NCBI GenBank assembly: GCA_041615815.1
Contig: JBFJCP010000003.1
Span: forward strand, 96,001-160,000
Source: Gemmatimonadales bacterium
GTDB taxonomy: Bacteria > Gemmatimonadota > Gemmatimonadetes > Gemmatimonadales > GWC2-71-9
Length of the DNA: 64,000 nt
Direction of reading: 5' to 3'
The position numbers and the translations under genes were made by a program. The notes below the pieces were generated by a model. The model was not told the origin of the DNA, did no database searches, and worked only from the letters and a program-made list of their open reading frames with translations. Shown piece by piece: positions 9,974 through 19,414 of the stretch (its first letter is position 1; the number at the start of each line of letters is the position of its first letter).

Positions 9974-10390
9974 ATGGCACAATTGAAAACCACGCCCAAC
10001 ACGAAGAGCGTCACGCAATTCCTCAACAGCATCGCCGACGAGACCAAGCGCCGGGACTGCAAGACGCTCTTGGGAATCATGGAGCGGATCACCAAGCACC
10101 CACCCAAGATGTGGGGCTCGAGCATCGTCGGCTTCGGGAGCTATCACTACAAGTACGCCAGTGGCCGGGAGGGCGATTGGTTTGTCACGGGGTTTTCGCC
10201 CAGGAAGCAGAACCTGACGCTGTACATCATGTCTGGATTCCGGCGATATGGTGGGTTGCTCGAGAAACTCGGGAACTACAAGACGGGAAAGTCGTGTCTC
10301 TACATCAAGCGTCTCGATGACGTGGACCGAAAGGTGCTCGAGCAGCTCATCGCAGAATCCGTAGCGTATCTAGCGCAGTCAAACAGGTAA
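9974..10390 (+). CDS. DUF1801 (YdhG-like) protein
   Basis: MWGSSIVGFGSYHYKYASGREGDW..GFSPRKQNLTLY..LGNYKTGKSCLYIKRL. Confidence 0.9.
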   Translation: MAQLKTTPNTKSVTQFLNSIADETKRRDCKTLLGIMERITKHPPKMWGSSIVGFGSYHYKYASGREGDWFVTGFSPRKQNLTLYIMSGFRRYGGLLEKLGNYKTGKSCLYIKRLDDVDRKVLEQLIAESVAYLAQSNR

Positions 10391-10397
10391 AGCCCCG

Positions 10398-11321
10398 CTA
10401 GCCGCCCCCACTGCTCGACGGCTCGGGGACCGTGGTCCCAAACCCACCGGCCGCCGAGCGACGGAATCCGGCACGTGGAGGTTGTTTTGGTGTTCGAGGC
10501 GCGGAAAACGGCTGCGGCACGAGCGCCGTATCCGACAGATCGACGTGGTAAACAGGGAGGTCGACCAGGAGCAGTTCTGCAAAGTAGGCCTCGAGATCCA
10601 GCGTCGGGATTCCCTCTTTTCCTCTCGTGATATAGTTGACCTCGCGGACCCCGGCCCGCCTGAGGAGGCTCGGCCCCGGGAGGATCGAGTCGTCCAGATA
10701 GTACCGATTGTCGAACTCGCCCGGGCGCCCTTTTCGTTGTCCCAAACGCTCGCTGTCACAAATCCACACAGGCGGCGAACTGGGGCGCAGGCGGGGCCGC
10801 ACCTCAGCAACCGTGGTGGCCCAGTAGAGCAGGGCAGCCAACGTGTGCTCGGGTTTGAGCAGCCCCCGCGAATGCGGCCAGTTGTCGAACGTACACACCG
10901 GCTGACAAGCGGCCGCCGTTACGAGCCACGTACCAACCTCCACGGCCAGCGCCCCCGGCAGGTCCACGATGGTCCAGGTGTTCGCCGTGTCCCATGGGGG
11001 ACGCGAGGCACCTGGACGGGCATGAGCAGGTGGACGCTCATGTCTCTTCGCGACCTCGATCGGCGAAGGTGGGCCGATTTTGTTGGGGGGAATGCGATCC
11101 AGCGCGGCGAACAGCGGGACGCTGTGATAGGGGACCCACGGACTCTCCGGCGCGGGGCCCCAGACGTCATACAGGCGCTCGGGTGTCAGGTACGCCCGCC
11201 AGCCCGTTCCCCCCAGTGCGTCTGCAGCGGATGGATGACCCACTTGAACCGACCGGGACCCGAAGCCGCCGATCCCAAGACGCCCGAGGAATTCAAGCGG
11301 CTTGGACCAGGGTCGCCACAT
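10398..11321 (-). CDS. Conserved-looking hypothetical protein with Gly/Ser-rich C-terminal tail
   Basis: Globular-looking core (LYDVW.P, IVDLPG, FDNWP, DSERL, FDNRY); ends in RRSAAGGFGTTVPEPSSSGGG; start uncertain, overlaps the ligase stop. Confidence 0.75.
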   Translation of the reverse strand: MWRPWSKPLEFLGRLGIGGFGSRSVQVGHPSAADALGGTGWRAYLTPERLYDVWGPAPESPWVPYHSVPLFAALDRIPPNKIGPPSPIEVAKRHERPPAHARPGASRPPWDTANTWTIVDLPGALAVEVGTWLVTAAACQPVCTFDNWPHSRGLLKPEHTLAALLYWATTVAEVRPRLRPSSPPVWICDSERLGQRKGRPGEFDNRYYLDDSILPGPSLLRRAGVREVNYITRGKEGIPTLDLEAYFAELLLVDLPVYHVDLSDTALVPQPFSAPRTPKQPPRAGFRRSAAGGFGTTVPEPSSSGGG

Positions 11322-12489
11322 GATAGGCCTCGTGCGTGATGAGTGGTCGGGCGGCGGCCCTGGTGTAGTAGCCGGCAAACCTTCCGTTGACGACAAAGGC
11401 CCCAAGCGCCGGGAACAGCGGTCCCGTTTCGAAGCGCACCGCGCGAACCACAAAGCGCTCCTGCATACACCACTCGCCCGGAGCGCGCGACGCCTCGGTC
11501 AATGTCTCGTCCCACTCTCGCTCGGTGGCCAAGGCCCCAACGACCACCGAATCCCCCATCCGCCCAAAGGCTCGCTTCAACACCCAGCGCGCCCGTTCGT
11601 CTCGCAGTCGGGGCGTTGACTGCACATCGAACGGTTCAGTCCACGGACAGTGGCGCTCGACCAAGGTGCGATCCGCGGCATCCAGCGATCCGTCTCGCCG
11701 CCACAGCGCAAACATGGTCTTACTCTGCCGCACGAGATGCCGTAAAGGGTTCATCATGGGGAGCCGCGCGCCCAGGCGGATCCACGTACCGAGGTTGGGC
11801 AGACGCGGCATCCACTCCCCAGGGTAGAAGCGAAAAACGGCGTCGATGGGCTCGCCGAGGATCCTCGGGCGACGCCACCGACGTTTCAAATGGGCGGGCG
11901 AACCCAGCACGGTGTGGTGCCCCACGTCGGAGAGCCAGCGCTCCAGAATCAGCATATGCTGCAGGTCCTCGGAATACGCGGTCGCATACAGCAAGCCCAC
12001 GGATTCATAGGGATCGAGCGCCGCGAGGAATCGCCCGCGGAGATCGCCGGCCCATTGAACCTCGTCGCCCGGATCGCCGAGCAGCTCCGGCAACCCCACC
12101 GCCTCATTGAAACCGCCTGGCACGTCCTCGTTGAACTCCGACACCATCCAGCGGTCGTCGTCGGTCGGAAAGAGATCGTAGCGGGCAAACTGTAACGGAG
12201 TGTCCTCCTCTTCCGCGATCCAGCCGTGCAGTGCCGGAGGGATACCGAGTTTGCCGAGTGCTCTGGGATCTTGGCGCACGCGACGCTCAAACCGCGTGAG
12301 GGCCTGGTGAAGTCGTTCCACGATCCCAACGATCTCTTCGTGCGTCTGCCGCGACAGCACCAGCACCTCCGGCAGGACGAGACATGTCCCGCAGGCGTAT
12401 GTATCCCATTTGAAGTACCGAAACCGGAGCGCTCGAAGGATCTCCTGTTGACGACCCGGCTCGAGTCCCCACGGTCGTGCCGCGATCAT
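11293..12489 (-). CDS. Glutathionylspermidine-synthetase-like ATP-grasp ligase (no amidase domain)
   Basis: ARYDL, SEFNEDVPGGFNEA, FRFYPGEW, QSK, WVLKRAFGRMG, QERF; ATG overlaps the upstream TGA. Confidence 0.85.
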   Translation of the reverse strand: MIAARPWGLEPGRQQEILRALRFRYFKWDTYACGTCLVLPEVLVLSRQTHEEIVGIVERLHQALTRFERRVRQDPRALGKLGIPPALHGWIAEEEDTPLQFARYDLFPTDDDRWMVSEFNEDVPGGFNEAVGLPELLGDPGDEVQWAGDLRGRFLAALDPYESVGLLYATAYSEDLQHMLILERWLSDVGHHTVLGSPAHLKRRWRRPRILGEPIDAVFRFYPGEWMPRLPNLGTWIRLGARLPMMNPLRHLVRQSKTMFALWRRDGSLDAADRTLVERHCPWTEPFDVQSTPRLRDERARWVLKRAFGRMGDSVVVGALATEREWDETLTEASRAPGEWCMQERFVVRAVRFETGPLFPALGAFVVNGRFAGYYTRAAARPLITHEAYHVATLVQAA

Positions 12490-13316
12490 CCGGGTCCCCA
12501 CGCGCCGTCGAGCACCCGATTGAGTCCCCACGCCGCCAATGCCATGACGGCGTAGGCGCCCGCCTCCACGATGCGCTGGCGCTGGGAGTACGCCGTGCGT
12601 AGCCGGCGTCCCCGCGCGTCGGTCCAGGCGGCGAACACCTCGCGAAGCACCAGCAGCCCAGCGAGAACTCCGAAAGTCAGGAGCGCGTGCCGCCAGCCCC
12701 AGAAGTCACCGGAAGAGGCGTCCGCAAGCGTAGCGCCAGAGGCGAGCAGGAAGAACGAGGCGGCGCGCGCGTCGTCGAGGCTCCGCTCCCGTCGAAGCCG
12801 TCTCGAGATCCTTCCTTCCTCACGCCGCAGGAAGATGCCGAAGACCAGCAGGAGGGTGCCCCAACCCAGCAAGAAAAACGTCACCGGGATCCACCACCCC
12901 CCTTCCCCACCGCCTTCAGGGTCGGCTTCTCCCCACAAGCTCCCACCGAAAATCAACCCGGTGGCCAGAGTGAACGAACCAATCAGGAGCGCCGCCGGGA
13001 GGTTACGTCGCTCGGCGACATCCACACGGCTTCGCGCACCGTAGGCCGCAGCCACGGTCTGTCCAAACATCTTCACCACCGCGTACCCCATGACGAGATA
13101 GAAGACGACGTAGATCCCCCGCACGCTGGGGTCGCCATGGCGCCACAGCACGTAGCCGATCCACACCATCGCGAGGAGAATTCCCAAGCGGATGATCCCC
13201 GGACCCGGGTTGCCGCGAAAATACAGACGGTGCAGCGATCCGGTGCGATTGATCCCGATCCCCGTCAGGGCCAGGACCCCGGACAGGATGAACATGAAGA
13301 TCTCGGAACCGTCCAC
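12486..13316 (-). CDS. Polytopic membrane protein, DUF350 (YjfL)-like
   Basis: About 7-8 hydrophobic segments; DVAERRNLPAALLIGSFTLATGLIFGG resembles the DUF350 repeat; GTG at 13316 after AGAAGGGGG. Confidence 0.65.
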   Translation of the reverse strand: MDGSEIFMFILSGVLALTGIGINRTGSLHRLYFRGNPGPGIIRLGILLAMVWIGYVLWRHGDPSVRGIYVVFYLVMGYAVVKMFGQTVAAAYGARSRVDVAERRNLPAALLIGSFTLATGLIFGGSLWGEADPEGGGEGGWWIPVTFFLLGWGTLLLVFGIFLRREEGRISRRLRRERSLDDARAASFFLLASGATLADASSGDFWGWRHALLTFGVLAGLLVLREVFAAWTDARGRRLRTAYSQRQRIVEAGAYAVMALAAWGLNRVLDGAWGPG

Positions 13317-13561
13317 TGTCTGAGGCCCCCTTCTGCAATTCAGATCGTTCTGCGAGATGACCGTGATCCCGGTGCCGGCGTGGACGGATACTATGGACGG
13401 ACCGACGAACCGTCCATACTGCGGCACAGACACCGAGTGACCGCCTCCAAGCGGCCATTGCGTAGCAACCTTTCCTTGCCACGTGGTGTCTAAGCCGGAG
13501 CAAGTCAACTTGCTCCAACGTGTCCAGTCGCGTTATCCAGGTAAGCCGAGGAGAAGAGGTC

Positions 13562-14950
13562 GTGAACGCAACGACGTCAGCCTACGCGCTACTCGTTCTG
13601 GTAGCCGCCATCGGCGGGTTGAAGGGGTGCCGGCCCGGGGCGGATTACGATGCGGCGACGCTGCTGATCCGGTCGACTCGTGTAGTGGACGTACGAGATG
13701 GATCGCTCTCCGCTCCAATGGATATCGGAATCGTGGATGATAGCATCCTCTTCATCAGCCCCGCGGTTCAGGATCTCAAACTCGGCTCGACGACACAAGT
13801 TGTCGATGCTGATGCAACCTTTGCGATTCCCGGACTCTGGGACATGCATGCGCATCTCTGGGATCGGGACCTCCTCGCCGCCACCTATCTGGACTACGGT
13901 ATCACGGGCGTGCGAGACATGGGCGGCGCACTCGACGCCTGGACGCGGTGGGAAGCGGAAGTGGACAGTGTGCCATTGCCACGATCCGTCGTCGCTGGTT
14001 CGATTGTCGACGGACTCCAGCCCGTTGTCTTCTTCTACAGCCGCGCGAGGGACAGCACAGAAGGTGTGGAACGGGTTAGCGACCTGGCGGAACGGGGAAG
14101 CGATTTCATCAAGGTATACGACCGACTCGGTGCGGAGGCGTTTGCCGGCGTGGTTGCCGAGGCAAAGCGCCGCCGCATTCCGTTTGCCGGCCACGTGCCG
14201 GTGGCGATCCGGGCGAGTGAGGCATTGAGCGAAGGAATGGCGAGCATCGAACATATGACGGGCATCGCGCTCGAGTGTGCGGCAAATGAGGATGCACTGC
14301 GGAGCCGTGTCCGTATGACGTTGCAGCCGTTCCTTCACGATAGCGTGGACAGCGCACTCCTGTCCTTGCCCATCGACTCGTTGTACACCATCACGCGCTG
14401 GGAAGTGCTCGACCGGTACGATCCGGCGCACTGCCCAGCCCTGATGCAGAGACTGTCCAGTCACAACGCGTGGGTCACTCCTACGCTCGTGGTGACGGGC
14501 GAGTCGCCAGAACGCAAGGCTGCGCGCGTAACACCTCACCTCGAGCAGTGGCCGGCCTGGATGCGCGGGATGATGCGTCCATCAACCGATACAGCACGCC
14601 GTCGGGAGACCGAGACCAGACTCGCAACTTTGCGCCGCCTTTTCGCCGACCTCGATGCCGCGGGCGTGCGCTGGTTGGCCGGCTCCGACGCGCCCAATCC
14701 CGGATCCGCTCCGGGGATTGGTCTCCACCATGAGCTCGAGCTTCTCGTTGGATTCGGGCTCACGCCCTTGGAGGCTCTTCAGGCGGCGACCCTCAGCGCC
14801 GCGGAATTCCTGGGTCAAACGGCCGTCTCCGGAACGCTCGAAGCGGGAAAACACGCTGACATCGTGCTGCTCGAGGCCAATCCACTGCAGGACATCCGGC
14901 ATACCAGGGACATTACGAAGGTCGTTTCGCGGGGACGCGTCGTCAGATAG
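13562..14950 (+). CDS. Amidohydrolase family protein (exported)
   Basis: IPGLWDMHAH, DFIKVY, GHVP, SIEH, AGSD, G.LEAGKHADIVLL..NPL. Confidence 0.9.
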   Translation: MNATTSAYALLVLVAAIGGLKGCRPGADYDAATLLIRSTRVVDVRDGSLSAPMDIGIVDDSILFISPAVQDLKLGSTTQVVDADATFAIPGLWDMHAHLWDRDLLAATYLDYGITGVRDMGGALDAWTRWEAEVDSVPLPRSVVAGSIVDGLQPVVFFYSRARDSTEGVERVSDLAERGSDFIKVYDRLGAEAFAGVVAEAKRRRIPFAGHVPVAIRASEALSEGMASIEHMTGIALECAANEDALRSRVRMTLQPFLHDSVDSALLSLPIDSLYTITRWEVLDRYDPAHCPALMQRLSSHNAWVTPTLVVTGESPERKAARVTPHLEQWPAWMRGMMRPSTDTARRRETETRLATLRRLFADLDAAGVRWLAGSDAPNPGSAPGIGLHHELELLVGFGLTPLEALQAATLSAAEFLGQTAVSGTLEAGKHADIVLLEANPLQDIRHTRDITKVVSRGRVVR

Positions 14951-15148
14951 TGATCGAGTCCCTCACCGCGCCGTATCCGCTCCACCTGGCCTGGCAGACA
15001 CCGTGACAGGATCACTCCGTTTGTCGCGAATGGCTCGTCGCAATGGTGGCAGAAGACCGTCCGTTGCGCGAGGGTTGTGTGACACCCCGAAATGGTGGAC
15101 GTTCCCAGCCATGGCACCCGCGAAACCCTTACGCGACACGGAGGCTCC

Positions 15149-15577
15149 TTGACATCCAAGCGAGCTGCTCGCTCCGTGCTGGCGATCGTCGTTGGGATCG
15201 TGTTCGTGTCGGCAGTCGTCGAAGCGCTCGAGTTTGCGCTCGTAACCGCGATCAATGGGGCGCGTGTCACCGACCCGGAAACGTACTACGGGATTCGTAA
15301 TCTCCCCTGGTTCCTGGCCGCCAAACTCCTGTACAACAGTCTTGCCGCCGTGGGAGCAGGGTTCCTCACAGCAGTCATCGCAGGATATGCGCAGGTCCGA
15401 CACGGCCTGGTGCTGGCGCTGCTCCAGACCGCCGCCTTTGGCTGGGCGCTTACACAGCCTGAGATGAGCCGCTGGACACCCGGCTGGATGTGGGCGGCGC
15501 TCATCATCCTCACGTTCGCGGGTATTATCTTCGGTGCGCGAATACGTGCTGCGCGCGCGGGCGCATCGCGGCCATAG
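15149..15577 (+). CDS. Small multi-pass membrane protein
   Basis: About four hydrophobic helices; GGAGG RBS before TTG at 15149. Confidence 0.7.
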   Translation: MTSKRAARSVLAIVVGIVFVSAVVEALEFALVTAINGARVTDPETYYGIRNLPWFLAAKLLYNSLAAVGAGFLTAVIAGYAQVRHGLVLALLQTAAFGWALTQPEMSRWTPGWMWAALIILTFAGIIFGARIRAARAGASRP

Positions 15578-15677
15578 GCGCGCGCGCTGGCCTGCAGCGG
15601 CGGGCTGCCACCCATCCGCTCAATCTCTTGACGCCGTGGCCGATAATGGTATCGGAGATCCACCCAAGAGGCTTACC

Positions 15678-16166
15678 ATGCGACTCCTCCCGCTCGCCAC
15701 CTTCATGACCTTCGCCGTCGTTCAGAGCGCGGCTGTGCCGCTCTTGTCGGCTCAAAGCAATCCTACCCCCGCGGAGACGGACCCGGCCAAGACCGCGCTG
15801 ATCCACCGCCTCCTCGTGCTCACGCGCGCGACAGAGCTCGTCGTCTCGAGCATCGAAGGCGCCATCCCAGCGCAACGGCTCGCCAATCCGGAGATCCCGG
15901 CCGAATTCTGGGACGAGTTTGCGGCGCGCGCTCGGGCTGATACCGCGCGTTTCATGCGGATGCTCGTCCCCATCTATGCGCGGCACCTCTCCAGGGAGCA
16001 CCTCGAGGGGCTGGTGGCGTTCTACGAGACGCCGGTAGGTCGACACCTGGCGGAGGTGCAGCCGCAGCTGACGCGGGAGAGCATGACGGCGGGTCAGCAG
16101 TGGGGGGCGCAACTCGGAGCCGAAGTAGGGGCCGATCTCGCCGAGCGAGGCATTCGCGTCCCGTGA
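15678..16166 (+). CDS. DUF2059 domain protein (exported)
   Basis: Signal peptide; VPIYARHLS..L..LVAFYETPVGR..QQWG. Confidence 0.85.
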   Translation: MRLLPLATFMTFAVVQSAAVPLLSAQSNPTPAETDPAKTALIHRLLVLTRATELVVSSIEGAIPAQRLANPEIPAEFWDEFAARARADTARFMRMLVPIYARHLSREHLEGLVAFYETPVGRHLAEVQPQLTRESMTAGQQWGAQLGAEVGADLAERGIRVP

Positions 16167-16191
16167 GCCAGCCGCGGCGGTGGGTTTCTCG

Positions 16192-17076
16192 CTACGATGG
16201 GGGGCCCACCGCCTCGTCCAGAAACTCTCTCGCCACCTCCTTGGCGTCCCGTTTCTCCACGTCCACCAGGTAATTCAGCCGCCGCATGGCCGCCTCGTCC
16301 AGCCTGCCGCCCAGCGCTCGAAGCGCCTCTCGGAGGCCCGGGAACCGTTGCAGGACCTCGCCCCGGACCACCGGAACCGCCTCGTAGGGAGGGAAGTACC
16401 CTCGGTCATCGATGAGGTGCACCAGATCCAGCGCTTGGACCTGGCCATCGGTGGAGTTGCCGGCGATGATATCGACCCGTCCCTCCGCCAGCGCCCGATA
16501 GGTGAGGCCAAGATCCATGACGGCGGGCTCACGCGCGAACTCGAGACCGTACGTCGCGGCGAGGCCCGGATAGCCGTCCGCCCGCTGCGCGAATTCATAC
16601 CCGAAACCCGGTCGCCATCGGCGGGCATGTGATCTCGCTTCCGATAACGTCGTGATCCCCAAGCGACGCGCGTCCGCGCCACGCACCAACATCGCAAACG
16701 TGTTGTTGAATCCGAGCGGCTCCGTAAGCTCCAACCCCCACCGCGCGCCGTAGATACTGTCCACCTCGTGCCGCACTCGAGCTTTGTCTCTGAGCGTCGG
16801 GAGCTGGAAAATCGCCGAGTGCGCCGTGCCCGTGTATTCGACATAGACGTCGAGCTGGCCGGCCACAATGGCTTCGTGACATACGAACGTGCCGCCCAAA
16901 AAGAACTTCCGGTCCACCTCGAAGCCGCGGCGCTCCAGCTGTTGGGCCACGATCTCCCCCAGCAGCAGAGACTCGGTGAAGTTCTTCGAGCCCACGGTGA
17001 TCGTGTGTCCCGAGGTGCAGGCACCGAGCCCGGCAGCCAACACCGCGCCCAACCACGCACTGCTTCTGGCGCTCAT
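16192..17076 (-). CDS. Osmoprotectant (glycine betaine/choline) ABC transporter substrate-binding lipoprotein
   Basis: Lipobox LGAC; VGSKNFTE, DVYVEYTGT, GFNNTFA, DDRGYFPPY. Confidence 0.92.
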   Translation of the reverse strand: MSARSSAWLGAVLAAGLGACTSGHTITVGSKNFTESLLLGEIVAQQLERRGFEVDRKFFLGGTFVCHEAIVAGQLDVYVEYTGTAHSAIFQLPTLRDKARVRHEVDSIYGARWGLELTEPLGFNNTFAMLVRGADARRLGITTLSEARSHARRWRPGFGYEFAQRADGYPGLAATYGLEFAREPAVMDLGLTYRALAEGRVDIIAGNSTDGQVQALDLVHLIDDRGYFPPYEAVPVVRGEVLQRFPGLREALRALGGRLDEAAMRRLNYLVDVEKRDAKEVAREFLDEAVGPPS

Positions 17077-17711
17077 CGCCGTGTCCAATCCAGCCGACGC
17101 TCCACGACATGTAGTCCCCCGTCGGCCAGGAGCGCCAGCACGGCCGCTGGGACAGCTCCGGCGAGGATCTGCGCGTTGTCCACCATGGCCACGCCTGAGA
17201 AGATGAAAACGCCAAGGCCGCCGGCGCCGATGGCTGCCGCGATCGTCGCGATCCCCACCCCGATCACCGTGGCCACGCGGACCCCGGCCAGAATGACCGG
17301 TGCCGCGAGAGGGAGCTCGACCAAACGGAGAAGCTGACCATCGGTCATGCCCATGCCTTGCGCCGCGTCTCGCACCGCCCGATCGACACCGGAGATTCCC
17401 GTATAGGTGTTCCGAATGATGGGAAGCAACGCATAGAGAATGAGGGCGACAATGGCGGTCCTCGCCCCGATCCCGCCGATGAACGGCAGGGGTATCAGAA
17501 AGCCGAAGAGCGCCAGGCTAGGGACCGTCTGGAGGACGTTCGCCACGCCGAGCACCGGACCCCGGAGCTTCGCGTTCCGCGTGATCAGGATCCCCAACGG
17601 TAGTCCCACCGCCACCGCGATTCCCGACGACACGCCGACGAGCACCAGATGCTCCACGGTGCGCGCCCACACGAGTCCGCCGTTCCGTATTAGGTACTCC
17701 AGGAAACTCAT
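17073..17711 (-). CDS. Osmoprotectant ABC transporter permease
   Basis: QTVPSLAL, YALLPIIRNTY, AAQGMGMT, IGAGGLG. Confidence 0.93.
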   Translation of the reverse strand: MSFLEYLIRNGGLVWARTVEHLVLVGVSSGIAVAVGLPLGILITRNAKLRGPVLGVANVLQTVPSLALFGFLIPLPFIGGIGARTAIVALILYALLPIIRNTYTGISGVDRAVRDAAQGMGMTDGQLLRLVELPLAAPVILAGVRVATVIGVGIATIAAAIGAGGLGVFIFSGVAMVDNAQILAGAVPAAVLALLADGGLHVVERRLDWTRR

Positions 17712-18436
17712 GTTCGAAACCCCTGGACGAGCTCATTCGTCGACCGCGTGAACGCTTCGGGCGTGCCGACGAACACGCACCGTCCCTCGTCCATGAGCAC
17801 GATCCGATCGGCAAGGCTCTCCGCTTCGGCCACGTCATGGGTAACGAACACCACCGTCTTCTCCAGACGGTGCACGAGACCGCGAAACTCTCTCTGAAGC
17901 TCGCTTCGGGTCAACGGATCTACGGCACCAAACGGTTCGTCGCACAGCAGCAGGGGCGGGTCACCCGCCAGCGCTCTGGCAAGACCCACGCGCTGGCGCT
18001 GCCCGCCCGACAGCTGGTGCGGGTATCGGTCCCGGAACTCCGCAGGTGGCAGACCCACGAGTGCAAGGAGTTCACCCACCCTCTTTCCAATCCGCTCCGC
18101 GGGCCACGCCATGAGCTTGGGTACGAGCCCCACGTTCTTGGCCACGGTGAAATGGGGCAGAAGACCGATCTCCTGAATGACGTAACCGATCGATCGTCGG
18201 AGCGTCACGGGGTCCCAGGACGCCGTAGAAATCCCTCCGACCACCACATCCCCCGCGCTCGGCCGCACCAACGCATTGATCAGACGCAAGGTGGTCGTCT
18301 TGCCCGATCCGCTTCGGCCCAAGAGAACCACTGTCTCCCCCCGCGAGACGATCAGGTCCAGTGGCCCTACGATTCGGCGGCCATCGATCCTGTACTCGGC
18401 AGATCGAAATGCCACGGCGGTATCGGAGAGATCCAC
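17708..18436 (-). CDS. Osmoprotectant ABC transporter ATP-binding protein
   Basis: Walker A GRSGSGKTT, LSGGQRQRV, Walker B LLCDEPFGAVDP, VTHD. Confidence 0.93.
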   Translation of the reverse strand: MDLSDTAVAFRSAEYRIDGRRIVGPLDLIVSRGETVVLLGRSGSGKTTTLRLINALVRPSAGDVVVGGISTASWDPVTLRRSIGYVIQEIGLLPHFTVAKNVGLVPKLMAWPAERIGKRVGELLALVGLPPAEFRDRYPHQLSGGQRQRVGLARALAGDPPLLLCDEPFGAVDPLTRSELQREFRGLVHRLEKTVVFVTHDVAEAESLADRIVLMDEGRCVFVGTPEAFTRSTNELVQGFRT

Positions 18437-18524
18437 GCAGTTGGCTCGAGCGGGTAGCGGCTACAGATTTGAGGGTGTGCGCCGCGAAACCCCCGAGGCG
18501 CAAGACCCGTAGAGAAAGACGATC

Positions 18525-18899
18525 ATGAAGGGATTCATTGCTCGCGTCCTGATCACCGCCTTTGGACTCTGGCTGGCCGATCTGCTCCTCGCCGGTGTGC
18601 GCTTCGACGGTGCTCCCGCGCTCTTTCTCGCGGCCGCCCTCCTTGGCTTGGTGAATGCGATCGTTCGACCCGTGGTGATCTTCCTGACACTCCCCATCAC
18701 CCTCGTGACGCTTGGCCTCTTTCTGCTGGTGATCAACGGGCTGATGGTGATGTTCGTTGGATGGCTCATGCCGTCTTTCCATCTCGCAGGACTCGGCCCG
18801 GCTATACTCGCTTCGATCATCGTAGGGCTCACGGGGTGGATCGCCAACGCATACATCGGCGACCGGAAGGTCGAAGTGTGGTCGGTGGGCCGCGATTAG
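18525..18899 (+). CDS. YvlD / 4-TM 'phage holin family' membrane protein
   Basis: LGLVNAIVRPV..LTLPITLVTLGLFLLVING. Confidence 0.88.
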   Translation: MKGFIARVLITAFGLWLADLLLAGVRFDGAPALFLAAALLGLVNAIVRPVVIFLTLPITLVTLGLFLLVINGLMVMFVGWLMPSFHLAGLGPAILASIIVGLTGWIANAYIGDRKVEVWSVGRD

Positions 18900-18906
18900 C
18901 GGCTGT

Positions 18907-19323
18907 TCACTCCCCCACCACGACCGCGATCAGCTCCCGGCGACGGCGGCGGTTGTCGAGGTTGAGCACCACGATCTGCTGCCAGGTTCCGAGCGCGAGT
19001 CGGCCATCTGATACGGGAATGGCCACGCTCGTTTTCAGCAGCGCCGAGCGCACATGGGAAAAGCCATTGCCGTCGCCCCACCGTGCGTTGTGCGCGTAGT
19101 CACCGCGGACCGGCGCCATCACGTCGAGCGCACGCTCGAGATCCTTGAGCGCGCCTGATTCGTATTCGATCGTGGTGACCGCCCCAGTGGACCCCACAAG
19201 GTGCACCGCCGCGATCCCATGCTGAACCCCGGCCGCTGCCACCAGGCCCTCGACATCCGCGGTCACGTCGCAGTGCCCAAACTCCGCCGGGAGATCATAC
19301 GTCCAACGTCGTTCGAGAACCAT
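18907..19323 (-). CDS. yjbQ: YjbQ/UPF0047 family protein
   Basis: GSTGAVTTIEYE, YAHN..WGDGNGFSHVRS, LGTWQQI..D.RRR. Confidence 0.9.
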   Translation of the reverse strand: MVLERRWTYDLPAEFGHCDVTADVEGLVAAAGVQHGIAAVHLVGSTGAVTTIEYESGALKDLERALDVMAPVRGDYAHNARWGDGNGFSHVRSALLKTSVAIPVSDGRLALGTWQQIVVLNLDNRRRRRELIAVVVGE

Positions 19324-19414
19324 CGCGCTCCTCCGGGCTCGCTTGTTCCGCCCCTTCCAACCTCCCACCTTTCAACCGCCGCTAATCTACCCCCGACGCC
19401 TGTATATTGCCTCC

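Noticed and set aside
18525..18899. Prophage signal from the 'phage holin family' gene
   Set aside because: The YvlD-type family is usually chromosomal; no phage genes nearby
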